Below are positions 34,991 to 48,545 of a stretch of DNA of 64,000 nt, in pieces; the stretch's first letter is position 1; every line of letters begins with the position of its first letter. The translations under genes and the position numbers were made by a program. The DNA is from Dictyostelium discoideum (lineage: Eukaryota): NCBI GenBank assembly GCA_000004695.1, contig CM000155.2, positions 2,496,001-2,560,000 on the forward strand, in the 5' to 3' direction. The notes under the pieces are model-generated. The model searched no databases, was not told the origin of the DNA, and saw only the letters and a list, made by a program, of their open reading frames with translations.

Positions 34991-35977
<987 letters not shown>

Positions 35978-36282
35978 TTATTATTACTACTATTAGGAAA
36001 ATATTTTTATTTCTAATTGATATATATAAAATAAATAAATAATAAATGTTATTTGTTTGATTAAAGGGGTTGATGGTAAAAAAAAAAAAAAAATTAAAAA
36101 ATTAAAAAAAATTTATTTAAAAAAATAATAATTAAATAAAAAAAATTAAAATTTTAAACCTTTGTAAGATAATAGAGTGTGTTAAAAGTGTGTTTTGCAC
36201 AATTAAAGATATATAATAATATTTTAAAAAATTTCTTTAAATACCTTTTTTTTTTGATTTTAATTTTTTTTTTTTTTTTTTT

Positions 36283-36314
<32 letters not shown>

Positions 36315-37645
36315 GGTTGTTGTTTCCAATCCAAAAATTATCTGAATTTTTTTTTTAGAATTTTCTTATCATATACCGTCACAAATCTATTTTTAGGTTC
36401 ACTATGTTTAATATAATTTTAAATACAAATAAAAACTCCTTCAAATAGAAATATTTTATTCTAATTTTTATTTTTTAAAAAAATAAAAATAAAAATAAAA
36501 AAAAGGAAAAAAAAACATATACTAATCAAATATTATTCATCGATTTAACCAAATTATAAGAACACAAAAATATTATGTACGATTAATATATTGGAAATCA
36601 AAATAATTTTTTAAAAAATAGATAAATAAATAAATAATATAGAATATGACCTCTTATATCTATTCAATTAAAGGTATAAATTCACTGACAAATAGATATA
36701 TTTCAAATATCAGTAAAAAAAAAAAAAAAGATTTTAATCTTTTTTTAATAAAAAAAAAATAAATAATAAAAATAAAAAAAAATAATAATTATAAATTATA
36801 AATTTAGTAAGTTTTTTATAAACATTTTGAAAAAAAAAAAAAAATATTAATATTTTAATTTTCCTCTTTATTATTAAATTATAGAAATAGTATTTATTGA
36901 AAATTATTTTTTTTAAAATCATAGCTTTAAAATTATTAATATTGTCAATTTTAAAACAAGTGTAGTATAGCAAAAACCTCAATGAATTCTCAAATATACC
37001 ATAAACAGATAACGACTAATATGATCGCACCATTTTTTTTATCCTTTCATGATCAAAAGAGACACACCAAAAAAAAAAAAAAAAATTATAATAAAAATGA
37101 AATAATAAAAAAAAAAAAATTAAAAAAATTAAATAAAACTGTAAATTCAAATAAATCAATTAAAGAGCATCTAATTTGACAATCAATTTTAATAAAAAAA
37201 AAAAAAAAATGTACTATATTTATATAAATTCACTAATTATTTGTGTGGTTGAGTGTGGTTGAGTGTGGTTGAGTGTGGTGTATATGTGTTAAAATAATAA
37301 TGTACATAATAAATAATATTTTTTTGACTTTTATTTATTTTATTTTTTTTTTTTTTTTTTTATTTTAATTTTGATTAATTGCTCCTATTTTAATTTTTTT
37401 AATATTTATTTATTATTTTTTATTCATTATTTTATTTTTTAATTATTATTATTCTATGTTTTTTTTTATCTTTTATAATTTGTAATTCTCTCCAATTATT
37501 TAAAAAAAAAAAAAAAAATTAATATTTTATTTTTTAAATTATAAATATAAATAATAAAAACAATTAATTTAATCAATTTTCAATTAATATTTAAATTCAT
37601 TTTGTTTTTGTATTTTTTTTTTTTTATATTTCCTCACTCTTAAAT

Positions 37646-37686
<41 letters not shown>

Positions 37687-37689
<3 letters not shown>

Positions 37690-38321
37690 AGGATATCAAT
37701 TATTTTATTATCCTTATTATTTTTATCATTACACTCATTGATTAAAGCTGACATCACTAAATTGAGTGTTTGTGGTGTAAGTTACTATTTAATATTTTTT
37801 TATTATTATTAATTATTAATTATTAACTATTTATTATTTATTAATTATATTATAGTCAGCAAGAGCAGTACCAACAGCAACACAAAATCCAAAACCAACA
37901 TGTGTAAATGTTAATTCACAAGGTATACCAACAGCAGGTTTAAATTCAGCTGCATTTGATAATGGTGTAAGATGTGGTCAATGTTATGAATTGACAGGAC
38001 CATTGGGTAAAACTGTTGTAATGGTCGCTGATGTATGTGATGCTGGATCTGCATGCACACAATCTGATTTATTTAATTTCATCATTCCAAATGAAGAATT
38101 TGATAAAATTGGTAACCGTTCTGACTATGGTAATATATTTTCATTGTGTTATCAAATTGTATCCTGTGGTTATAGTGGTAATGTTCAAGGTGTTTTCACT
38201 GGTCCAAGTAGTTCACCAAATACTTTTACATATTTCCTCAGTGTTGTATTTTCAAATAATAATGTTGCAGTAAGTTAATTTATTTATCATTTATTATTTA
38301 TTATTATTTGTTATTAATTGT

Positions 38322-38369
<48 letters not shown>

Positions 38370-39326
38370 AAGATTAAAAAAGTTTTAATTAAAGGTCTTT
38401 CTTGGCCATTATATGAATCTTTGACAGGTCAAAATGGTAATTGGAAATGGAATAAAAATTCTTATGAATTACAATTCCCAGCAACTTTATATATTACTAG
38501 TAATACTGGTGAGACTATAACTTATAAAATGAATTCAAGACCAATTACTAATCAACCAATTGACCTTGATTTTCAATTTAATCCAAAAGCAATTTCAAGT
38601 TTAGAGAATAATGAATGTAGCATGGCATTATTACCACAGTATATTTATCAAGATGGTTTATCTTATGGTTGGGTCGATAGTCAATCTTTCAATTATGCAA
38701 AATTCACTGATAAATCAAGTGATACTAAAAGTGGTAGTGGAACATGTATCAATGCCCAATTGGATGGCCATGGTGGTGTTAAATTCACTAGAGAAGGTGA
38801 TTTCCAAACTTCATATTTAGATAAACTTAGCTTTGATATTAAAACCTCTGCTGATAGTAGTTCATTTGCAGTTTATTTTGGTGATGTTGCAACTAAAAAC
38901 ATTGACCCATTAGTAGCCTCAACTTGGACCACTGTTGAATTGAGTGTTAAATCTTTAACAAATAATACAGTTGAAGGTTCTATAACATTTTTCAATAATC
39001 AAGCTGATCCAATTAATATATGGTTAGATAATATTAAATGGACATACACAGATGATGCTCCTCTTGATCAACCAACAATGGATTTAATTGAAGTAAATAA
39101 TAAACCATCAACAACATCAGGTACTGGAACCACTTCAAGTAAACCTTCATCTAGTAGTGGTGGTGTTAGTGGTGGTGGTATTGGTAGTGAAAGTTCAATC
39201 TATGGATTAAGTTCTGAAAACCAAGAAAATCAAAGTGGACATCATGCTTCTTCAAATACAAATATTTTATTACCAACTACTTTTGTTTTCTTTATTTCAA
39301 TTACAATTTTATCATTACTTTTTTAA
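37687..39326 (+). CDS. Expansin-like protein (paralogue 1), 485 aa. Signal peptide, expansin DPBB domain, second beta-rich domain, S/G/T linker, C-terminal hydrophobic tail (GPI/TM-like). Exons: 37687..37776, 37856..38269, 38373..39326.
   Basis: Exon 1 MRISIILLSLLFLSLHSLIKADITKLSVCG + GTAAGT. Exon 2 ...NGVRCGQCYELTGPLGKTVVMVADVCDAGSACTQSDLFNFIIPNEEFDKIG..., the expansin DPBB cysteine pattern. Exon 3 ...WKWNKNSYELQFPATLYITSNTGE...GGVKFTREGDFQTSYL... ending in TTFVFFISITILSLLF. Confidence 0.75.
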
Positions 39327-39538
39327 AATTATTATTATCATTATTATTATTCGAAAAATAAAAAAAAAAATAAAAAAAAAATAAAAAAAAAAATATCTTT
39401 TTCGTTCGTTTTTTTTTTTTTTTTTTCATTTTTTATTTTTTTTTTTTTTTTTTTTATATTATTTTTTTATTTCCTCTCTTTACCAAAATTTTGTACATAT
39501 AAAAAAAAAAAAAAAGAAAAAAAAGAAAGAAAAGAAAA

Positions 39539-41077
39539 ATGAATTTACAATTTTCAATACCAGGATTTGTTAGTCGTAGATATATTAATGAAACCAAAGG
39601 TAGAGGATTATTTGCAGAGAAATCATTTGAAAAAGGTGAATTAATTTTCTCGGAAAGACCACTATTTTCAGTTCAACATGTTTATAATAGAGCAACAGCA
39701 TGGACATGTGGTAATTGTTTTAAATTTTTAGGATCATTAAATAAACAAATGTTACATTATAGAAAAGTATTTGGAATTAAAGAGGCATCAGAATTACCAG
39801 AGTTTGAAAATCTTTTCAATTTTCATACCAAAGTTTATAGTTGTTTTGCAAAATGTGGTGAAAAATATTGTTCAGAAGAGTGTAGAAATGTTGCATTCTA
39901 TAGTCATCATCAAATTCTTTGTGTTGGTGAACAAACTCCAGATTCGAATCCAATGTATCAATTTAAAAAACATTCAATTGAAACAAATGAATTATTTTTA
40001 TTAGCTGCTCAAGCAATCGCTTGTTTAATTTGTAGAATTGCAAATGACCCATCTTCTGATCAACCAACTCAAATTAAAATTCCATTAACTACAAATAATA
40101 ATAATAATAATAATAATAATACAACTACTACAACAACTACTACAACAACTACTACAACAACTACAACTACAACTACAGGTAATTCATCACAGGATACAAT
40201 TATACAGGCACCATTGGTTGAAAGAATTTGTAATGAATTCTTTTCAGAATATCAACATAGAGAATGGTGGGATGTTAGAATTGATGGTAATTTCACATTG
40301 GAGGAAGCAAAAGTGTGGTCAAATGAATCATTGGAATTATTGAGAAAAGCATTGATACCATTACTTCAAAATAATCCAAAAACTAATAATCAAGTATTTA
40401 TTGGCACTGTTTTATCAATGGAATTCTATTCACATTTACTTGGTCTTTTAGAGATGAATGATAATTCAATTGGTTTCTTTAATCCATTGGAATTATTTAG
40501 AAGAGATATCAATGCCATTGGTAAAGGTCCTTTCACAACACCACCAATTCAAAAGAATTTAAAAGATCGTTCAAATGCTGTTTTAGCTTCAACCGTTGAT
40601 GCTTTCCGTCAATATCATAATGAACAAGATGATCAATGTGATCAAGAAGATTGTAATGATCATGAACATTCTCATGGTGATTCAATGGATGATGATGATC
40701 ATCATGGTCATGGTCATTCTCATGGTCATGGTCATGGTGGTTCTCATGGTCATGGTGGTTCTCATGATGATCATGCAATGGAAGATAATCAAGAGGAGGA
40801 AGAGGATGATGTAGTTGAAGAGGTTTTCCCATCTTTTGATGGTTTTGGTATTTTTGGTCTTCAAGCAATGGTTAATCATTCTTGTGAACCAAATATTACT
40901 GTAGTTTTTGAAAACCATGATAATCGTGCTCACATTAAAGCAACTCGTAGAATTGAAGCTGGTGAAGAATTATTCCATACATATATTGAAGAAACAAATC
41001 CATATGATGTTCGTCAAGAAGATTTAATTACTTATGGTTTAAAATGGGAATGTGGTAAATGTTTAGAAAAAATTTAA
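39539..41077 (+). CDS. SET-domain protein with an interrupting Cys-rich (MYND-like) zinc-finger segment (SMYD-like split SET) and a His/Gly-rich insertion. 512 aa, single exon.
   Basis: N-SET (INETKGRGLFAEKSFEKGELIFSERPL). Cys-rich segment (WTCGNCFKF...CFAKCGEKYCSEECRNVAF...HQILC). C-terminal SET core ...MVNHSCEPNITVVFENHD...ATRRIEAGEELFHTY. Insert HEHSHGDSMDDDDHHGHGHSHGHGHGGSHGHGGSHDDH plus poly-N/poly-T. Confidence 0.75.
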   Translation: MNLQFSIPGFVSRRYINETKGRGLFAEKSFEKGELIFSERPLFSVQHVYNRATAWTCGNCFKFLGSLNKQMLHYRKVFGIKEASELPEFENLFNFHTKVYSCFAKCGEKYCSEECRNVAFYSHHQILCVGEQTPDSNPMYQFKKHSIETNELFLLAAQAIACLICRIANDPSSDQPTQIKIPLTTNNNNNNNNNTTTTTTTTTTTTTTTTTTTGNSSQDTIIQAPLVERICNEFFSEYQHREWWDVRIDGNFTLEEAKVWSNESLELLRKALIPLLQNNPKTNNQVFIGTVLSMEFYSHLLGLLEMNDNSIGFFNPLELFRRDINAIGKGPFTTPPIQKNLKDRSNAVLASTVDAFRQYHNEQDDQCDQEDCNDHEHSHGDSMDDDDHHGHGHSHGHGHGGSHGHGGSHDDHAMEDNQEEEEDDVVEEVFPSFDGFGIFGLQAMVNHSCEPNITVVFENHDNRAHIKATRRIEAGEELFHTYIEETNPYDVRQEDLITYGLKWECGKCLEKI

Positions 41078-41712
41078 CCAAATAATAATAAAGAAAAATG
41101 GAATGAATAAAAAAAAAAATAAAAAAAAAAAAATAAAATAAAAAAAAAAGAATAAATAGAATAAAGTTTTTAAATTATTATAAATTAAATTATTTAATTT
41201 ATGATAAAATATAAAAAATAAAAAAAGTAGTGGTTTATTATTTTATTCAATTTCAATAAATATATATATATATATAAAATATTTAACGAGTAACCCCCTA
41301 TTTTTTTTTATTTTTACTTAATTTTATAATTTATTTAAATATTTTAAACCAAAAAAAATTAATAAAATACAAAACCCACACACAAACACACAAAATCAAA
41401 TTATAAATTTTCCATGATTTACAAATATATAAATATGGAGTGGGTTAAAAGAAAATTTGTAATTATATTTTTACTTTAATTTAGTTTTTTAAAACTACCT
41501 TCATAATATTTTATTTGTATAATAGAGTTTATTTTCCTTTTTTCAACCTAAGTTTTATTTTATTTTTCCCCTTTATCTTGATCTTTATTTTATTTTTTTA
41601 AAATGGGGTGATATTTTAAAAATTGTGGGTAATTTGATTTTAATATTCCCTAATTGTTGTTTATTTGATTATTTTAGTATATAGAATTTTTAAAGTATCT
41701 ATTATTATTGTG

Positions 41713-41756
<44 letters not shown>

Positions 41757-42128
41757 ACAGTTTTTGAATTTAATAATGGTATAATATGGTTAAATTTATT
41801 TTGATTTTAATTAATCTAACATCACAAATAATTTTTTTATTTATTTTTATTTAATTATTTAATTTTTAATTTTTACAAACTATTGTCTTTTTTTTTTTTA
41901 AAAATAATTATTTATTTAGTATTTTGGTTTTTTTTTTTTTTTCCTTTTTTTTTTATATTTTTTATTTTTTTTTTTTTTTTACTTCAATAAGTTATATATT
42001 ATTTATTTATTTATTACATCATCCTTTTAAAATTTCACACTATTTATTTATTTTTTAAAAAATATACAATAAAAAAAAAAAAAGATAATTAAAATAAATA
42101 AAAAAAAAAAAAAAGTATAACAATAAAA

Positions 42129-43938
42129 ATGAAAATTAATAAAAACAATTATTTTAAAATAATAATATTTATAATATATGTAATAATAAATTTAATAAAT
42201 GCATCTGATAATGTAAAATTAAGTAATTGTGGAGTGAGTATATATTTTTTATTTTATTATTATTATTATTTTTATTTTTTTTTTTTTTTTTATTTTTTAT
42301 ATATTTATTTTAATTTTTTTTTTTTTTTTTTTTTTTTCTTTTTTTAAAAATATTTTAAAAAGCAAGCAAGAGCTGAACCAACATTTAAACAATCAGAAAA
42401 TGGTGGACAATGTCAATTACCACCACCATCAATAGGAACAGCAGCATTATCATTATCAGCATTTAATGGTGGTGCAAGATGTGGTCAATGTTATGAATTG
42501 ACAGGACCGTTGGGTAAAACTGTGGTAATGGTTACTGATGGTTGTAATTCTGGTGAAGCATGTACACAAAAGGATTTATTTAATTTTATAATTTCAAATA
42601 AAGATTTTGATAAAATTGGTAACTCTTCATCTTATGTAAATATTTATTCATTAGGTTATCAAGAAGTATCTTGTGGATTTCTTGGTAATATTAAAATTAA
42701 ATTTGGTGGTTCATTAGGTCACAATGGTAAAGTTGACTATTCATATTATTTCACTGTTTCATTTTCAAATTTTAATATTGGTGTAAGTAATTTTAAAAAT
42801 AATTAATAATTAATAATTATATTTAATTATAATTTTATTAATATTTAATAAAAAGATTAAACAAGTTCAAATTTTAGGTACTGGTATGGTATCTTATATG
42901 AAATTGAAAAGAAGTTTAGGTGGATTTACATGGAATCAAGAGAGTGGTGGATCAAAATTACAATTTCCTGCCACATTGGTATTGACAGGTGTTGACGGTC
43001 AAATTATATCATATAAATTTAGACAACCTCCTGCAAATATTGCAATTGATATGAAGAAACAGTTTATACCACAGGTTGGATTATTATCATCGAAATTCAA
43101 TCAATCGGAAATTTGTGGAATGGGTAATGTACCAGAATATATCTATGAAGATTCATTGACATTTGGTTGGATAGTATCAAATAGTTGGAGATTCAATGTA
43201 TTCAATCTTTCATCACAAGACACCGACGATAATCCAACACTTGGTGAGAGTGTAATTAAGATGGATTTGGCTGCAAATGGGGGTTTGGCATTCACCAGAG
43301 AAGGTGGGTTTCAAACAAAGTACTTGGAATCGTTGAAAGTGATGATCAAAGTGTTACCACCAACAAATAGTCTACAATGTTTTTTCGGTGCTTCTGGTAT
43401 CTACGTTATCCCCGGGCCATTGGGCGGAGATTGGCAAGAGATCTCAATCCCGATATCAGTTTTGAAACCACAAAAAGTTGAATACTCATTATCATTCTAC
43501 AATAACCAAGGCCAATCGATAACAATGTGGATTGATAATATTAAATGGATTTTTTCACCAGAGGCCCCACCAACACCTCTAATAATAACTGATCCTACTG
43601 TAACCCCACCACCACTACCCCAATCGATTGTAACTGCTGCTGCTGGTGTTGTAGGTTTAAATTCAATTGGTATTACTTCAAATAAAGGTGGTGTGGCTAA
43701 TTTAGTTGATGGTAGTAGTAATGATGATGATGGTACTGGTGGTACTGGTGGCGGTGCTTCAAATAAAGTTGGTAAAAGAGTTGATGGTGAAGATGGCGAT
43801 AATTTCATGGGTGGTAATAATGCTTTCTCTTACTATAATGATGATAATTCTTCAAATATTTTATTATTCTCTTTTAATATTACTTTAACATTTTTATTAT
43901 TATCTTTAATTATTAATATTTTATTATTGTTATTTTAA
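42129..43938 (+). CDS. Expansin-like protein (paralogue 2), 535 aa, same three-exon architecture and C-terminal hydrophobic tail. Exons: 42129..42233, 42363..42782, 42856..43938.
   Basis: Exon 1 MKINKNNYFKIIIFIIYVIINLINASDNVKLSNCG + GTGAGT. Exon 2 ...ARCGQCYELTGPLGKTVVMVTDGCNSGEACTQKDLFNFIISNKDFDKIGNSSSYVNIYSLGYQEVSCGF...FSNFNIG + GTAAGT. Exon 3 IKQVQILGTG...WNQESGGSKLQFPATLVLTGVDGQ...FTREGGFQTKYL... then PTPL/Gly-rich linker and LLLSLIINILLLLF tail. Confidence 0.75.
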
Positions 43939-44154
43939 AAAAAAATAAAATAAAATAAAATAAATAAAAAAAAAATCTTGGGATTATCTTTTCTTTTTTT
44001 TTCATTTTTTTTTTTTCATTTTTAATTTTTTTTATTTTTTTTAAAATTTTGATCAATTGCCTAACCCAAAATGTCTTTTTTTTTTCAAATAACCATTTTT
44101 ATTTTTAATTTTTTTTTAAAAAAAATAAAATTTTATATTTTTTTTTTTTTTTTT

Positions 44155-44199
<45 letters not shown>

Positions 44200-44483
44200 C
44201 ATTGATTGTGTATTAAAAAATTTTTTTTTTTTTTTTTTTTTTAATTTCTTATCTATTTATTTAATCTTTAATTTTATTGTAAATAATTAATAAAGAAAAA
44301 AAAAAATAACTCTTAAAAAAAAAAAAAAAAATTTTTATTTACAATTTTTTTTTTTATGATATAAAATAAATATATAGAAAAATAAAATTTTTAAAAAAAT
44401 TAAAAAAAAAATAAAAATAAATAAAAATAAAAAAAAAAGGTGTTAAAAAAAAAAAAAAAAAAAAAAAAAATCATTCAAACACA

Positions 44484-45285
44484 ATGGAGCAAGAAGATCA
44501 ACAATACGAGGAAGATTCTTCTCAATTCAATAAAAATAATTATGTACCAGACGATAATAGTGGTGAAAAAGAACAACCAGCAACGACCACAGAAATAACA
44601 ACAACAACGACAACAACAACACCAACAGCAATAGATAATAATGATTCAGATTTAACAGAAGATGTAATAAATGCAGTATCAAAATATAAAGATGGTACAA
44701 GTAGTAAGTCTGTCAAAAAGACAAGAAGAAAGTTTGCAATGAATATCGCAACTGATGAAGTATTTAATTTACCGCCAATGGAACAACAACAACAACAACA
44801 ACATCTACAACCACCTCTTTCACCAAATAGTGCAAGTAATACAAATTTTGGAGCAGCTGCAACTTTTAGTCCAACTTCTATACTCTCAAAAAATAATAAA
44901 ATAATCACTTCCCAACAAACATCATCTACTTCAATATCACCACTTAAACCATCACCACTTTCATTCTCTTCAGGAATTTTACCTCCAAGTTCTAGAATTT
45001 ATGAATCACCACCAACCTTGGGGAAATATGTAAGTTAAAATATTATTTTAAATAAAAAAAAAAAGTTTTAAAACGCTAATATCTTTTTTTTTTTTTTTTT
45101 TAAAAAAAAAATAAAAACAATATTTAGCCATTATTACATCATTTAGGACAAAGTTATCTTGGTAATACTTTCTCAGCAGTACCTCCAGAATCAAGTGAAT
45201 ATTTTTCCAATTAAATTAATTGATAGAGAAAGAATAAACTTAATTCATCAAAATATTCTTTCAGTAAGTGATTAGTTTTTTTAAA

Positions 45286-45334
<49 letters not shown>

Positions 45335-45355
45335 ATTATTATTATTTATTATTAA

Positions 45356-45442
<87 letters not shown>

Positions 45443-48382
45443 AATTATCAAAAAATACTAATTTTTTTTTTTTTTTTATGAAAGAATGAATTTCAATTAT
45501 TAAAATCATTAAAACACAGTGGTATTGTTAATTATATTGGAATGATAAATGATAATACAGGATTTGGTATTGTACAAGAATTTTATGAGAATGGATCATT
45601 AAGTGATATTTATAATAGATCAGGAGCATTCCAAGAATCATTAGTAGCAAAATATACATTACAAATATTGGAAGCATTAGGATACATTCATTCACAAGGT
45701 ATCGTTCATAGGAATTTAAAATCAAATAATGTATTATTGGCAAAAGGTGGTAAAGTAAAGATATCAGACTTTGCAATCGGTATTAGATCTAGTGCAATCG
45801 AACCATCCATTAGATTCTCATTGAATGGTTATCCATTTTGGACATCACCAGAGGTGCTCTCGATGAAACCATTCAATCATAAAGTAGATAGTTGGAGTAT
45901 TGGTTGTTTGATAATGGAGTTGATTGTTGGTCATCCTCCATTCTCACATTTAGGTCCAATGGAAGCATTGATTGAAATTATTAATCCATCAACAACTATA
46001 CTACCAAATTGTTTAGATGAGAATGAACAATCATTATTCTCTTTAGAGTTAAATCAATTTTTAGAATTATGTTTTAAAAAGGAACCATCCGATAGAGCTT
46101 CAGTACATGATTTACTTAGACATCCTTGGTTATCAATGTTTAATGATAGTTCATCATCATCATCATCATCTTCATCGCAAGCTCATCCAACAGTTCAATC
46201 AAATAATCTTAATGGTAATGTAAATTCTAGAACTCATGGTGAATTTTATTCTTTAGATTTCTTATCACAATTTGAACAAAATGAAAAAGAAATTTCAAAA
46301 ATTTTATCATCTGGTGATCAATTAGATTCAACTTCAAATCAAATTGATTTAAAGAAATTCCAATTTAAACATTATAATAAGAAACAACAACAACAATACA
46401 ACTATAATTATAATAATTACAACAACAACAACAACAACAATAACAATACTAATGATAATGATAATGAATGTGGTGAACAAACTGAGGAAATTAATTTATC
46501 AAGCTTATCAAAAGATGAACAAATTGAAAGATTAAAAGCAATAATTGATCAAAATGAAACAATGGCAAATAATTTAAAGTATACAATGCAAGAGGTATTA
46601 CAAGAACAAACTAAATATTATGAAATTTGTGAATCAATGAAAAGTAAAACTTTAGAGATTTTAAATCAAAATAAAACTGGTGCAAGAATTTCTGCACATA
46701 GTAATTCATTATTAAAGAGAACCAATCAAATGGCAAATGATTTGGGTAGAAAATATGAAATTCTTCAATCCAATATTAAAAGATTAGAGGATTATTTAAT
46801 TACAAAAGATGATTGTGCAAAGAAATTGGCAAATGTAGTTTACAGAAATAAAATTTCATTCGATTCCCTATTGAATCCAACTTTGGCTGCTAATTTACTC
46901 TACCAAATTGGTTCAAAAACTTGGAAAAAAGGTCAAGAGAAACGTGCTTTTGCAACTCTAAAAGATAATTTCTTATTTTTCTTTAAAAATGAAAAATCCT
47001 CTTATCCAATCGATGTAATATATTTAAATGATAAGAGGAATATTTCAATAACTTCAATTCAAGACTCTAAAAAGAAAGCATATATAATTTGTATTGGTAC
47101 AACAATTCATGATCAAAATAATTTAGATCCTTCAAATAATAACGAATCTGTGAATTTATCAACTTCACCAGGTTCACTTGTAAATAGTAATAGTAACCCC
47201 TCAATTTCAAATTCTCTTAATAATAATAATAATAATAATAATAACAATAATAATAATAATAATGGAAACCCAAATGTAATAATAACAACAAATAATAATT
47301 GTAATAGTAATAGTAATGGAAATAATATAGCGACACCTCCAATTTCAATACCGAATGGTAAAGAAGTTAAAGAAGGTAAAGAAATTAAAGAAATTAAAGA
47401 ACCAAAAGAAAAAGATAAAGATAAAGAAAAAGATAAAGATAAAGAAAAAGATAAAGATAAAGAAAAAGATAAAGATAAAGAAAAAGAAAAAGATAAAGAC
47501 AAGGAAAATAATAATAATAATAACAGTAATAATAATAACAATAATGGTAATAATTATAATAGTTCAGAAACAATTTGGTGTTTATTAGCATTTGACAATT
47601 CAAAGAATATGGAGAATTGGTATGGAGTTTTAGATAGTGTAGTTCCTTGGTATGATAAAAGAGCTTATGAAATTTCAAAACCAATGTTACCAATTGAAAA
47701 TAAAAAACATCAAAAACAAAAATCATTAGATTCAACCAATAAACAATCACCAGGAAGTTTAGGTGGTGCTGGCGGTGATGTTTCTTGGAAGAAAGAAAGT
47801 GGTGGTATTAAATTTCAAGGTGTCGTTGGTGTTAGATTGGATGATTTAATGACTCGTGAAAGTCCAACAGCTGAATTACCCTATTTCCTATCGAAGATGT
47901 TGAAATTCTTAGAAAAGAATGTCGATGAAGAAGGTATTCTTAGATTATCAGGTTCTTCAACTGAAATCCTTGAAATGAAACAACAACTTCAAAGAGGTGA
48001 ATCAATCGATTACACCTATAAAGATCCTCATGCCGTTACTGGTCTATTGAAATTGTTTTTACGTGAATTACCAGAATCAATCTTACCCGAACATTTACGT
48101 ATTCAAAGTACAGAGATCCTTTCAAATGGTCGTTTTGGTGAAAAAGAAAAAATTAAAGAAATTCAAACACTCTTAAGTAATCTTAGTAGACCTCATTACA
48201 ATGTCTTAAAACATATGTTATTTTTCGCTAAATTGGTCGTTGATAGAAGTGAATATAACAAAATGGTTATTGCAAATGTAACAACTTGTTTCTCTCCAAC
48301 TTTACGTATTCCTCCTGGATTATTTAACTTTTTAATTAATACTTATGATTTATCTTTTCCAAAATTCAATTTATCAGTTTAA
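44484..48382 (+). CDS. Pseudokinase-RhoGAP fusion protein, about 1187 aa. Exons: 44484..45029, 45147..45263, 45485..48382. S/T/Q-rich N-terminus, STE-like kinase fold with degenerate catalytic motifs, coiled-coil/poly-N/(KEKD)n region, C-terminal RhoGAP domain.
   Basis: Kinase C-lobe VQEFYENGSL...IVHRNLKSNNVLL...KISDFAIG...WTSPEV...DSWSIGCL, i.e. HRN instead of HRD, DFA instead of DFG, SPE instead of APE. N-lobe (exon 2 plus start of exon 3) VNIFPIKLIDRE...NEFQLLKSLKHSGIVNY lacks a GxGxxG loop. RhoGAP: GVVGVRLDDL...EGILRLSGS (arginine finger)...VTGLLKLFLRELPESILP...NVLKHMLFFAKLV...MVIANVTTCFSPTL. Phase-0 junctions at GTAAGT (45030) / tttAG (45145-45146) and GTAAGT (45264) / aaAG (45483-45484). 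The second intron carries (ATT)n. Confidence 0.7.
47380..47515 (+). repeat. Coding 18-bp/9-bp periodic repeat (aaagataaagataaagaaaaag)n giving a (KEKDKD)n tract inside the pseudokinase-RhoGAP gene
   Basis: KEKDKDKEKDKDKEKDKDKEKDKDKEKEKDKDKE read in frame. The antisense strand produces the spurious ORFs 47113..47541 and 47394..47750. Confidence 0.85.
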
Positions 48383-48545
48383 AAAAAAAAAAAAAAATTA
48401 AATAAATAAAATAATAATAAATAAATAAAAAAATAATAATAAAGATAATAATAATAATAAAATTGATCTAGTTTAATACTAAAAAAAAAATAAAAAAAAT
48501 AAAAATAATTTATTGTAATATAACTTTTTTTTTTAATTTTTTTTT

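Noticed and set aside
40533-40933. Minus-strand His-rich ORFs (111 aa, 83 aa) and plus-strand poly-M ORF 40596..40814
   Set aside because: Antisense or out-of-frame readings of the His/Gly-rich insertion of the SET-domain gene.
43497-43888. ORFs 43497..43808(-) and 43706..43888(+)
   Set aside because: They overlap the Pro/Gly/Thr-rich linker of expansin paralogue 2, whose frame is fixed by conserved motifs; these are low-complexity artefacts.
45123-45213. Alternative reading PLLHHLGQSYLGNTFSAV... that resembles a kinase glycine-rich loop
   Set aside because: That frame hits a stop at 45211. The other frame starting at acceptor tttAG (45145-45146) joins both neighbouring exons in phase 0, so the glycine-loop-like reading is coincidental, which fits the pseudokinase interpretation.
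47113-47750. Minus-strand ORFs with (LSFS)n and poly-Y products
   Set aside because: Antisense of the (KEKDKD)n and poly-N coding repeats in the pseudokinase-RhoGAP gene.
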